Shown one piece after another: positions 43,476 to 51,691 of a DNA stretch of 64,000 nt (the first letter of the stretch is position 1; the number at the start of each line of letters is the position of its first letter). Below the pieces are notes generated by a model. That model worked only from the letters and a program-made list of their open reading frames with translations. It did no database searches and was not told the origin of the DNA. The position numbers and the translations under genes were made by a program. Location: positions 1,159 to 65,158 of IMG/VR virus record IMGVR_UViG_2623620540_000004; one strand, written 5' to 3'. Source of the DNA: a virus. Taxonomy: Duplodnaviria; Caudoviricetes.

Positions 43476-43711
43476 GGCGGTGCTCCGGCGATCGGTGCGG
43501 CGGCGAGTTTCTTGCGCTCCCACGCGGCAATCTCGCGATCGGTCATGAACATGTAGCTGTCACAGCCGCATGTGGGGCAAACCTTCTCGGTAACTCCGGC
43601 GCCGAATTTCTTGCTTGGCTGCTCATGGAGGTCGGTTTCCTTACCGCGCCATTTGCATTTCGTGCGGCCGCAGCGGATCGGGGCCGCGCCCCAGGCTGGG
43701 CGGGCGTTCAC
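43472..43711 (-). CDS. Small zinc-ribbon protein
   Basis: RCGRTKCKW...VCPTCGCDSY; GTGA/ATGA coupling. Confidence 0.6.
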   Translation of the reverse strand: MNARPAWGAAPIRCGRTKCKWRGKETDLHEQPSKKFGAGVTEKVCPTCGCDSYMFMTDREIAAWERKKLAAAPIAGAPP

Positions 43712-44601
43712 AATTCTTTGCCTGGTGGGTGCGGGTCGGTCGGCTCCATGCGGTAGTCCGAATTCGCGTCGCAAAACTCTTGCGCCGATTTTCCGTTGGA
43801 TACCGGGATCAATCCTGGCCCGATGAGGCCGTTTTGAATCCATTCCATCGCCTTCTCGGCGCCGTCGCCCTGCTGCCATTCGATCCAAGCAGACTGGTTG
43901 CCAACCATAATGTTGTGGATGGTCTGGCTCAGGATCCAGTTAGAGCGGCGGCGCTTGGCGATCTCCGCTTCGAGTTCTGCGATGCGCGCCGTGTCGGCCG
44001 GCACCGCCAGGTACACCGCCAGCGCATCCGGGCTTTGCTTCGTGGCCCATAGCGTGGTGCGGCACTGGCCGATGCACGGAACCTCGCGCGGCTCGATGTA
44101 GCCGGCCACCTGGGGCGCGGTAGCGCGCGATTCGATGCGCTCGATCATGGCCAGCACGAACATGCAGCCAACGTCCATGCTCATGTTGGCGCCGCCGGCG
44201 GCCAGCGCCAGGGCCTCGGCTTTCAGTTCCTGCAGTTCCGGGCCATCCATGTATGCCGCCCAGTCCACGAGTGCATCGCTTTGACGTGCAGCCGACTGCT
44301 GCGACGGCGTGGTCATCGCCAGGTGCAGCGCCCCGGCGGCGGCCGGCGACAGCGTGACCGAGCGATCCATGACCTTGGCAGTGGCCAGGTGGTCGCGCAG
44401 CTCGCACAAGCCGGTGTCGGTGACGGCCGGCGCGTGCAGCAGGCCGGCGTCCAGCCCCATGTTCCAGGCGCCGCGCGCATGCTCGTTCAGTGCCTCGCGG
44501 ATCTCGCTCGGCACCAGGCCGCCCAGATCGTCGCGGAAGCACCAGTCCGGCAGCGCCGGCATTGGGCAAGCGGTAGGCGCGCTATTCTTTTCGTTACGCA
44601 T
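43708..44601 (-). CDS. Hypothetical phage protein
   Basis: 297-aa ORF in PR operon, GGAG RBS. Confidence 0.6.
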   Translation of the reverse strand: MRNEKNSAPTACPMPALPDWCFRDDLGGLVPSEIREALNEHARGAWNMGLDAGLLHAPAVTDTGLCELRDHLATAKVMDRSVTLSPAAAGALHLAMTTPSQQSAARQSDALVDWAAYMDGPELQELKAEALALAAGGANMSMDVGCMFVLAMIERIESRATAPQVAGYIEPREVPCIGQCRTTLWATKQSPDALAVYLAVPADTARIAELEAEIAKRRRSNWILSQTIHNIMVGNQSAWIEWQQGDGAEKAMEWIQNGLIGPGLIPVSNGKSAQEFCDANSDYRMEPTDPHPPGKEL

Positions 44602-44612
44602 TCGTATCTCCG

Positions 44613-45353
44613 TCAGTGATGGGAAAGCTGGTGCTCGACCTGGTGCTTCGCAAATTCGCCCGCCACCCAGTTCACGCCTTTCGGGGTGAAGCGCGCGCTG
44701 TTGAATGCATGGTTGTTCGCCTGGGCGTGGCCGGCCTTGACCACGAACCGGCCGGCGTCGAGGTGCGCGGCCATTGGCGCCAGCGCGCCGCCGAGGCGGT
44801 ACATGATTTTTTTCTCGATGAGGAAGTCACGAAAGACGTGCTCCTTCACCTTCAGGACCTTGGCCACCTGGCGGAAGCCCAGCGCGCCGGTAGCGTCGCA
44901 GTAGCGATCGACGAACTCAACGGCCGGCTTCGCCGCCTCCAGCGCGACTGCCTGCTGCTCAATCACCTCGGCCTGCTCGGCGGCCAGGCGCAGCGCTTGC
45001 GCGAAGGTTTGCGGCACTCCGGGCAACTGCGGCTTAACGTTGGCCTGCTCCAGTTCGCACATGCGGTCGAACACTTTCGCCTGGAGCGTGTAGCTGTAAC
45101 TCATGGCGACGAGACAAGCCTCGCGCTTCGGCAGCAAATAGATGTCGCGCTTATTGTTGTTACCGTAGACGTGCGTTCCTAAAAATTTAGGAGCGTCGGC
45201 GCCCAGCACTTTGGGAATTTTCGCCATCAGGTTGTCGTGCCGCAGTTCGATGAAAGGCTCGACGGGAGTGGCGTGCGCCCGGCGATCTTCGTTGATGAAC
45301 TCGACCAGCTCAAGACTGGTCATGGTCACTACTTCGGCGATGATTGAATCCAC
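44613..45353 (-). CDS. Antirepressor (Rha-like N-terminus plus KilAC/ANT domain)
   Basis: MTSLELVEFIN...HDNLMAKI; PQTFAQALRLAA; KPAVEFVDRY...FTPKGVNWV. Confidence 0.88.
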   Translation of the reverse strand: MDSIIAEVVTMTSLELVEFINEDRRAHATPVEPFIELRHDNLMAKIPKVLGADAPKFLGTHVYGNNNKRDIYLLPKREACLVAMSYSYTLQAKVFDRMCELEQANVKPQLPGVPQTFAQALRLAAEQAEVIEQQAVALEAAKPAVEFVDRYCDATGALGFRQVAKVLKVKEHVFRDFLIEKKIMYRLGGALAPMAAHLDAGRFVVKAGHAQANNHAFNSARFTPKGVNWVAGEFAKHQVEHQLSHH

Positions 45354-45402
45354 GAAAACTCCTTGCGGTGGTTGGCTGCTGGTCGGCGGGCCGGTTGTTG
45401 AT

Positions 45403-45693
45403 TCAGGAACGCATCGGGCGCAGCGCACCGCGCGAAACGCGGCGCACGCCCTGGGCCTGGCCTGGGAAGGAGAAGGCCCGGCGCAGACCTGCACCAGCCC
45501 CTTCTTGGCGGCTGGGGAAGCGGGTAACCTGCTGGTGTGCCGTCGCGATGCGCATGCCAGCCTGGCGGAGGAAGCCGCTGATGCTGATATCTGCTGCAGC
45601 GCAGTGGCTCTGCAAAGTGGCCTGCTCCTCGTCGCCGAGGTAGACCTTGACGACGTTCAAGCGGGGATCCGGCTTGCGTTGGGTGGTGCTCAT
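45403..45693 (-). CDS. Ribbon-helix-helix-like regulator (cII position)
   Basis: VVKVYLGDEEQATLQSHCAAADISISGFLRQA. Confidence 0.55.
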   Translation of the reverse strand: MSTTQRKPDPRLNVVKVYLGDEEQATLQSHCAAADISISGFLRQAGMRIATAHQQVTRFPSRQEGAGAGLRRAFSFPGQAQGVRRVSRGALRPMRS

Positions 45694-45781
45694 GTGTTGC
45701 TCCTATAGTGATGCGGACTTCAGGATTTAAACCGGCAGGTCTAGGGCCGGCGACGTTACAAATTCGGGGTGGTGATCGCCG

Positions 45782-46183
45782 TCAGCCAGGCAGGCCGGAC
45801 GCGGCAGCGCCGGTGGCGGGACGAACGACCGAGCAGAGATCGGCGCATGCGGTGCTGCGCGCGGCGACCGTGATGTCGCCCTGCTTCGCCAGCACTTCGA
45901 GCAGCGTGTTCTGCTTGCGCAGCTCGGCCAGCATCAGCGTGATCGACCCGTAGATATGGGCCTGCAACACCAATTCCGGCCAGATCGACGCCCATTTTTC
46001 CGGGAACAGTTCTTGGCGCGTTACAGCCCCGCCGGTCGCACGCTCGATCGCGGCGCCATGCTCGACAGGAATTGGATTTACCCCGGAGGCGTAGCGGCTG
46101 ACGTTTGCCTGCGGTATATCCAACGCCTCAGAAAGGCGCAACTGGTTACCGCGTGCGAGTGCAAAGTATTCAGCGAGGTTCAT
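45782..46183 (-). CDS. Second Cro-like regulator (YdaS-type)
   Basis: QLRLSEALDIPQANVSRY...IERATGGAVTRQELFP..W..IWPEL. Confidence 0.8.
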   Translation of the reverse strand: MNLAEYFALARGNQLRLSEALDIPQANVSRYASGVNPIPVEHGAAIERATGGAVTRQELFPEKWASIWPELVLQAHIYGSITLMLAELRKQNTLLEVLAKQGDITVAARSTACADLCSVVRPATGAAASGLPG

Positions 46184-46425
46184 GCGGCCTCTCCCGCTTG
46201 ATTGAGCTGGGTCACGGCGGCGGGTGCGGGGTTGCCGTAAATGTCATCGAACGACAGGGTGTGGCCGCGCTTCGCTGCAAATGCAATCAGCCGCTGCGCA
46301 ACCTTCGGCGGAACACTCTGCCCGCGCTCGTAGTGGGAGACATTCCCTTGGCTGACCTGCAGAGCGTCTGCGAGGGCCTTTTGAGTGAGTGCGAGCTTGG
46401 CTCGGATGTCTGAAATTCGGTTCAT
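46180..46425 (-). CDS. cro: Cro-like HTH repressor
   Basis: IRAKLALTQKALADALQVSQGNVSHYERG; divergent from cI; first gene after PR. Confidence 0.85.
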   Translation of the reverse strand: MNRISDIRAKLALTQKALADALQVSQGNVSHYERGQSVPPKVAQRLIAFAAKRGHTLSFDDIYGNPAPAAVTQLNQAGEAA

Positions 46426-46432
46426 GAGGCAA

Positions 46433-46472
46433 ATATTAGTCCGACTGCTAGATATTGTCAACAGTCGGACTA
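46433..46472 (-). promoter_or_regulatory. PR promoter with operators OR1 and OR2
   Basis: TTGACA-N17-TAATAT on minus strand; palindromes TAGTCCGACTG (46437-46447) and CAGTCGGACTA (46462-46472). Confidence 0.88.
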
Positions 46473-46473
46473 A

Positions 46474-46509
46474 TTGAAATTTATTAGGCTTACTTATATT
46501 CTGTTCATA
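46474..46509 (+). promoter_or_regulatory. PRM promoter giving a leaderless cI mRNA
   Basis: TTGAAA-N17-TATTCT, with cI ATG 7 nt after the -10 box and no SD. Confidence 0.7.
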
Positions 46510-47255
46510 TGCCCGCACAACCACTATCACAAGACCAACTTTCCGAAGCCGCCAAGCTCAAGGACCTATTCAAGTCCTGGCAGGCGAGTCGCAAAGAATC
46601 CGGTCTTCCTTCGTCCCAAGAGGCTGCGGCAGATATGCTCGGCTTCGGCCAAAGTGCCCTTGCCCAATATTTGAACGGAAAGATTCCCTTAAACATCGAC
46701 GCTGGAGCCAAGTTCGCCGCCCTCCTTGGTGTGGGCCTATCAGACTTCAGCCCGTCACTGGCAGACCAGGCAACCAGGGTTGCTGGTTCCGTTACCGGGT
46801 TACGTGTGACGGATGATGACGATCACGCTCCGCCCACCATCGCAATTCCAATGGTCTCGGTCCACGTGCAAGCGGGGATAGACGGATTCGTCATTGAGCC
46901 TATCCTTGATGAGGATGGAAGGCACTATGTGCCTCGGCAATTCATTGAGGAAAATGACCTGCACCCCGACTCACTCGTCGCTGTAAAGGTGCGGGGCGAC
47001 AGTATGCAGCCGATGATATTTGACGGAGATATTGCAGTCGTCAATACCATTGACCGAACTCGCAAAAACGGTGGAGTCTTCGCCATGAACTACAACGGCC
47101 AGGCTGTAGTTAAGCGCTTGACTTACGATCGCCGAGAATGGTTTTTGGCCTCGGACAATCCCGACTTCGAGCCAGTCCCATGCCGTGGCGCTGACTGCAT
47201 TGTCATTGGACGAGTTGTTCACTTCACGCCAAAGAACTTCCGCGACCGATTATGA
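46509..47255 (+). CDS. cI: CI-like repressor (HTH plus S24 peptidase)
   Basis: QEAAADMLGFGQSALAQYLNG HTH; VRGDSMQP (Ser) and VVKRL (Lys) S24 motifs. Confidence 0.95.
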   Translation: MPAQPLSQDQLSEAAKLKDLFKSWQASRKESGLPSSQEAAADMLGFGQSALAQYLNGKIPLNIDAGAKFAALLGVGLSDFSPSLADQATRVAGSVTGLRVTDDDDHAPPTIAIPMVSVHVQAGIDGFVIEPILDEDGRHYVPRQFIEENDLHPDSLVAVKVRGDSMQPMIFDGDIAVVNTIDRTRKNGGVFAMNYNGQAVVKRLTYDRREWFLASDNPDFEPVPCRGADCIVIGRVVHFTPKNFRDRL

Positions 47256-47572
47256 AAAAAATTATTGTCAGCGGAATTGCGCTCTTGCTTCCGTTTTGGG
47301 CTAATGCTGGCGAATGCGACAAGACGGCGGCGCTTGAGGCGCAATCGATGCTGCGCGAATTCGCAAAAAGCCATATCGAAGGCGATCACCTCGCCGTGTA
47401 CTGGGTCTACAAGATCGAGCGCGAATCAGATGCAAAGCGCTTGAAAATGGTTCGCGCCTTCTCTGATATGGACGCCTGTCTGTCCGGCGGCGCGCGTGAG
47501 ATCATGTTTTACCGCAAAGACAAGCTGATGGGCGTTGCCTCCCCAGGCTCCGGTGTGAGGCTGGTGAGATAG
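47252..47572 (+). CDS. Exported protein (superinfection exclusion candidate)
   Basis: Signal peptide MKKIIVSGIALLLPFWANA; ATGA-coupled to cI; two Cys. Confidence 0.7.
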   Translation: MKKIIVSGIALLLPFWANAGECDKTAALEAQSMLREFAKSHIEGDHLAVYWVYKIERESDAKRLKMVRAFSDMDACLSGGAREIMFYRKDKLMGVASPGSGVRLVR

Positions 47573-47721
47573 GTTACGCTCGGGCAGGCTCGGATGCCCA
47601 AGCGCGCTAGTGAAGGCTACAATCTAGCTAGCGATATTGTTTGAGGGCATAAGGCGACTTGTGCTTCGCTATCCGATGCTTGATCCATCTCCATAGTTCC
47701 CAGCAACCAAGGATACAAGAA

Positions 47722-48060
47722 GTGAGTACACCAGAAGAAGAGTTAGACAAAGGTTCAGCTGCCAATCTGTCATTTGCAGACATTTTGGAGTTCCTTAAGG
47801 CATCGAAGGTCGACCGACCGTGTCCAGCCTGCGGAAATGGCGGATGGAATATTATTCACACCTCGGAAGTCGATGGTGAGGATATGGGTCCCATGATCCC
47901 ACTTGGCAATCGTCAACGAGGTTCGATAAGTAACTATGTTCTTCCCGTGATCGTGTGCATATGTAAAAGATGCGCATTTATGCGATTCCATTCTAGGGCC
48001 CCAATAAGCAAATGGGTGACTAACGGCAAAAAACCTCTTGAAAACAATGAGAGCCAGTAA
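47722..48060 (+). CDS. Zinc-ribbon protein
   Basis: CPACG...CKRC; GTG after AAGGA; AT-rich. Confidence 0.7.
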   Translation: MSTPEEELDKGSAANLSFADILEFLKASKVDRPCPACGNGGWNIIHTSEVDGEDMGPMIPLGNRQRGSISNYVLPVIVCICKRCAFMRFHSRAPISKWVTNGKKPLENNESQ

Positions 48061-48202
48061 CACATATAGCGAGGGGCGGCCTACCGCAGAAGGGCTTAGA
48101 AGTCGCTTCCCCACATTCGATGACTATTCAGACGTTGACAATCTAACGGTGCACACTCGCCCGGGCGGTGTATCCTCCACACATGAAAATTTCAACGAAC
48201 CT

Positions 48203-48667
48203 ATGAGTAATCTCACAAGAGAAGAGTTTGATGCAAAACTCGAAACCATCGAGGTAAAGATGGATGGAAGGGTCGCATCCATACAGGCCAGTGTTGATAA
48301 TTATCTCAAACTGCAAACGGAGAGCGCGAAGCGGCTCGAGGATAGGTTGATTCGCATGGAAAGCGATGTATCGGACGGCCGAAAGGAAACAAAAGCCGAA
48401 GGAGACAAAGCAAGCGCGGATATGAAAAGCTTAAAAACCGCGATCATTGTGACTGCTGTTAGCACGGTAGCGGCCATTTTGTTTGGCGTGCTTTCCTTTA
48501 ATACAATGCTAACATCGAACATGCTAGCATCATTCGAGTCAGGCAAAAATACGGCCTCCGCCCAAGAGGAGGTAAAGAAGCAGGCGGAGGATACTGCCGC
48601 GCTACTCAAGCAGATGCGCGAAGAATTGGATCGACGGCGCCAACCAGATGCGCCCCCGTCCAAGTAG
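48203..48667 (+). CDS. Coiled-coil protein with single TM segment
   Basis: MSNLTREEFDAKLETIEVKMDGRV coiled coil, TM IIVTAVSTVAAILFGVLSF; start uncertain (48038 possible). Confidence 0.7.
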   Translation: MSNLTREEFDAKLETIEVKMDGRVASIQASVDNYLKLQTESAKRLEDRLIRMESDVSDGRKETKAEGDKASADMKSLKTAIIVTAVSTVAAILFGVLSFNTMLTSNMLASFESGKNTASAQEEVKKQAEDTAALLKQMREELDRRRQPDAPPSK

Positions 48668-48697
48668 AAAAAAAAGCCCGCACAGCGGGTTTTTTTT
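48668..48697. terminator. Bidirectional terminator ending the cI operon
   Basis: A8-GCCCGC-ACA-GCGGGT-T run. Confidence 0.85.
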
Positions 48698-48790
48698 CGT
48701 CAAGCCACTCTTGGGCTCTAATCCCTCCCCTGTGACATCCAGTCCGCACCACATCGAACTGCCGTACTAACAAAAAATATTCTTTTTTAT

Positions 48791-48830
48791 TAGTCCGACT
48801 GTTGACATAAATAATCAGTCAGACTAATAT
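48791..48830 (+). promoter_or_regulatory. PL promoter with two operators
   Basis: TTGACA-N17-TAATAT; palindromes TAGTCCGACTG (48791-48801) and CAGTCAGACTA (48816-48826). Confidence 0.88.
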
Positions 48831-48865
48831 ACCTCCATCGATACACCAACAGCGATGGAGAAGAA

Positions 48866-48958
48866 ATGTCACCAGCCGAACTGCAAGCCCTTGCCGAAGC
48901 CCTGCGCTTGGGCGATGCCGCACACGCCGCCTCCCACCCTGCGCCAGCTGCGCGCTAA
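48866..48958 (+). CDS. Short first ORF of PL operon
   Basis: 30 aa after GGAG RBS. Confidence 0.35.
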   Translation: MSPAELQALAEALRLGDAAHAASHPAPAAR

Positions 48959-48973
48959 TCGGAGATCGACGCC

Positions 48974-49201
48974 ATGCGCAAACCTACCCTTAAAAAGAAC
49001 ACGACCAACCTGCAATGCGCCGGCTTCGTCGCCAGCATCGGTTGCCCTCGCATCTGGGAAATCTGCAACGACTTCGACCGCAAGCTCTCGCGCCGCCGGT
49101 ACATCTACCGTACGGAAGCTGCTGCTGCCGAGCTGCGCGATGAGCGCGCCGCTGGTTCTGCGTGGTCGTTCGCCGAGCACCAGAAGGCGGTGGCGCTGTG
49201 A
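48974..49201 (+). CDS. Hypothetical protein
   Basis: 75 aa, GGAGA RBS. Confidence 0.6.
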   Translation: MRKPTLKKNTTNLQCAGFVASIGCPRIWEICNDFDRKLSRRRYIYRTEAAAAELRDERAAGSAWSFAEHQKAVAL

Positions 49202-49536
49202 TCGCCCTGATCCTGGGTGCCCAGCTCGGCAGCACCTTCAACTTCACCGAACTGGCTGGCGACGCCATCCGCAACCTGGTCCCGGCGCGCAAGTTGGCCC
49301 TAGTGCCGAAGCTGGCGCCGGCCGCCACCGGCATGGTCACCGTGGCCCAGTTCTGCGCTGCACGCGGCGCCGACCTGCCGCTGCCCGTCATGAGCCGCAT
49401 CGGTCGCAAGGCTGCGGCGCTGAGCCGCGCTGACGGCCTGCTGATCGGCCGCGCCATGGAGCAGTTCGGCGAGGTCAACACCTACGACGCCGACGTGCTG
49501 GCCCTAGCCTTCGACGCGATTCAGGCCGCCCAATGA
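49198..49536 (+). CDS. Hypothetical protein (antirepressor C-terminal-like)
   Basis: IGRKAAALSR..G..IG....FGEVNTY..DVL..AF pattern. Confidence 0.55.
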   Translation: MIALILGAQLGSTFNFTELAGDAIRNLVPARKLALVPKLAPAATGMVTVAQFCAARGADLPLPVMSRIGRKAAALSRADGLLIGRAMEQFGEVNTYDADVLALAFDAIQAAQ

Positions 49537-49904
49537 ATGCCCCTATCAACTTCGCCCTGCTCCAGGCGGCCGCCGCACCGGTCGCGGTTACGCCAACCAC
49601 GGCAATCAGCCAGCCGCTCATCCCGGCCGATGCGCGGCCACTGCACTCCGGGTATGAGCACGACGGCCTACTGGTTGACCTGTACGGCGTGCTCGACGCG
49701 CACGGCTACGAAGTGAAGCACGTCGGCTTGCACCTCTCGGTAGACATGACCGACATCGGCGCCTGGCTGAAGCGCGAAGTTCTGCTGCAAATGAGCGACT
49801 GGTGTGACGACCACCTGCCGAGTGCCCACGACCTGCGCCTGGTGTCGATCGACGAGGCGCGTATCGAGCGCCACGAGTGGGAACGCAACTTCGAGCCACC
49901 TTGA
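49533..49904 (+). CDS. Hypothetical protein
   Basis: 123-aa coupled ORF. Confidence 0.6.
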   Translation: MNAPINFALLQAAAAPVAVTPTTAISQPLIPADARPLHSGYEHDGLLVDLYGVLDAHGYEVKHVGLHLSVDMTDIGAWLKREVLLQMSDWCDDHLPSAHDLRLVSIDEARIERHEWERNFEPP

Positions 49905-49960
49905 TCGGATCGAATCTCCGGCTTGGACGCGTCAGCAAACGAACAAAACAGAGGTGTGCG

Positions 49961-50275
49961 ATGGATCGAATTGTTGTGAATGGAATCGAGTATGTACGGG
50001 CGCAGCCGGTAGCGAAAGCGGCCAAGCGGGTACCGCAGCCAAAGATGGTCGAGCGCCAGTGCAAGTGGTGCCGCAAGCAGTTCTTCGCACGGGCTGCCGA
50101 CGTCAAACGGGGCTGGGGACTGTACTGCTCGAAGACGTGCAAGGCGATCCGCCAAGAAGTACGCACTGGCCAGTACCGGGCACACCTGGAGCACCGCGAC
50201 GCCGATGGCTACGGCGGCGAGTTCTCCAACGCGCACCAGTTCAGTAACGAAGAGCACGACTGCAACAAGGATTAA
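49961..50275 (+). CDS. Zinc-finger protein
   Basis: CKWCRKQF...RGWGLYCSKTCK; GAGG RBS. Confidence 0.7.
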   Translation: MDRIVVNGIEYVRAQPVAKAAKRVPQPKMVERQCKWCRKQFFARAADVKRGWGLYCSKTCKAIRQEVRTGQYRAHLEHRDADGYGGEFSNAHQFSNEEHDCNKD

Positions 50276-50422
50276 GCAATGCGGTCGCCGGGCGCTGCTA
50301 CCACCCGGCTCAGCCTTGGCAGGCGAAGAAATAGCCCCTGTGGGATCAGCATGCCCGCGTCGCACTCGCCCCGTGCCGCCGGCCGGCGTATCCGGCCACC
50401 ACAAACCATAGAAAGGCATCAC

Positions 50423-50602
50423 ATGGCAGCAGAAACCAGCAACTTCCAACCGGGCCAGAAGGTCACCGTCCGCGCCCGGAGCAAGGTCTTCGAGGGCAAG
50501 TTCCTGAAAGAGCGTCCTGGCTCGAAGGGCATCTACTACGACATCGACCTGGGCGGCAACAAGGTCGGCAGCTACCGCCCCTCGCAGGTGCAGGCAGTTT
50601 GA
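50423..50602 (+). CDS. Small SH3-like hypothetical protein
   Basis: 59 aa FQPGQKVTV...; GAAAGG RBS. Confidence 0.55.
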   Translation: MAAETSNFQPGQKVTVRARSKVFEGKFLKERPGSKGIYYDIDLGGNKVGSYRPSQVQAV

Positions 50603-50660
50603 ATCAATGGCGGCGTGCAGGCCGCCAGCAGCACCCGTCCCGCGCCGGGCAAGCGCGGGA

Positions 50661-50757
50661 ACCACATGGCTGCTGATTGCCGAGGAGCGAGAACACACAC
50701 AGGTAACGCTGGTGCAGTGCGCGGGCGGATTGGCGGGGCAGTCAGCAGCCATGTGGT
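50661..50757 (+). repeat. 21-bp inverted repeat
   Basis: ACCACATGGCTGCTGATTGCC (50661-50681) versus GGCAGTCAGCAGCCATGTGGT (50737-50757), one G-U pair. Confidence 0.9.
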
Positions 50758-50866
50758 GAATAGAGCAGGCTGATGCTCGACCTAATTGAGTGCTCCAGTA
50801 CATGGCCAGTGCGAAAGCGCTTCGGGTTTGGGAGCAAAGCCGGAAGAAGTCAGCACCGGCTACCAC
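50753..50866 (+). ncRNA. Candidate structured RNA with kissing-loop pseudoknot
   Basis: Closing helix GTGGT/ACCAC; hairpins GAGCA-GGCTGA-TGCTC and AGCCGG-AAGAAGTCAGCA-CCGGCT with complementary loops; TGCTCC/GGAGCA arm with GAAA tetraloop. Confidence 0.55.
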
Positions 50867-50920
50867 ACGCAGGGACCGGCGAACGCGGTCCCCAACAATG
50901 AAACGAACAGGGAGAGTGGC

Positions 50921-51232
50921 ATGAACTGCAACTGCGTCAAAAGCACCGAAACCAGACTGGCGACTGCGCTGTTCATCGTCGAGAAGGCAGGTTCGGACAT
51001 CAAGGTTGAATGCATGGCGACCGGCTTCCAGCTGACGGAAGACATGGACTTGCGCAGCACGATCAACATTCCGTTCAAGATCACCGGCACCGGAAAGGGC
51101 TTTTCGAGCGCCAAGGGCAAGACGATGCCGTTCGTCGCGGGCTTCTGCCCCTTCTGCGGTCGCACAACCGGCCGCTACACGGTCGGCGAATACGAGGGTC
51201 TGCCCGTCGCTGTGCCTGCGGGTGTCGCATGA
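50921..51232 (+). CDS. Hypothetical Cys-motif protein
   Basis: MNCNC...FCPFCG; GGGAGAG RBS. Confidence 0.7.
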   Translation: MNCNCVKSTETRLATALFIVEKAGSDIKVECMATGFQLTEDMDLRSTINIPFKITGTGKGFSSAKGKTMPFVAGFCPFCGRTTGRYTVGEYEGLPVAVPAGVA

Positions 51233-51450
51233 TCATCCGTCACATCACCGCTGGCCGCGCCGCGCGCGCCGCCGTCTCGGACGCACTGCATCGCATCTAC
51301 CAGGACGCCGGTTACGAGGACGTTTTCAACAGCGGCAACCTTGATGCAGTCGAAATGGTCCTTTCCGGCGGCTGCGTCAGCGAGGAACTGAACGACAGTC
51401 GCAACTGGATCCACCTGCAGATGGCCGAGCGCGAAGGAGTCGCATCGTGA
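51229..51450 (+). CDS. Hypothetical protein
   Basis: ATGA-coupled 73 aa. Confidence 0.5.
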   Translation: MIIRHITAGRAARAAVSDALHRIYQDAGYEDVFNSGNLDAVEMVLSGGCVSEELNDSRNWIHLQMAEREGVAS

Positions 51451-51560
51451 GCCCTCTTCTTCGCGCCGCCCTGCACAGCTCCGTGGCCGGCTTCGTAATC
51501 GGTGGCCTGCTGGTCGCTGCGCGCTGGTTCGGCCTCGTCGAATGGTTGGTGAAGCCATGA
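51447..51560 (+). CDS. Small membrane peptide
   Basis: 37 aa hydrophobic, GTGA-coupled, AAGGAG RBS. Confidence 0.45.
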   Translation: MSPLLRAALHSSVAGFVIGGLLVAARWFGLVEWLVKP

Positions 51561-51691
51561 TCTACCACCTCACCATCAAGCACGAGGACGGCAGCACCGA
51601 GCACCGCACTGCCATCGGCGCCATCAAGGCAATCTGCGACGCTCTGTACGACGCCGGCGCGCTGGGCGTGACCGCCATGGTGCAGCCGTGA
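51557..51691 (+). CDS. Small hypothetical protein
   Basis: 44 aa, coupled at both ends. Confidence 0.45.
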   Translation: MIYHLTIKHEDGSTEHRTAIGAIKAICDALYDAGALGVTAMVQP

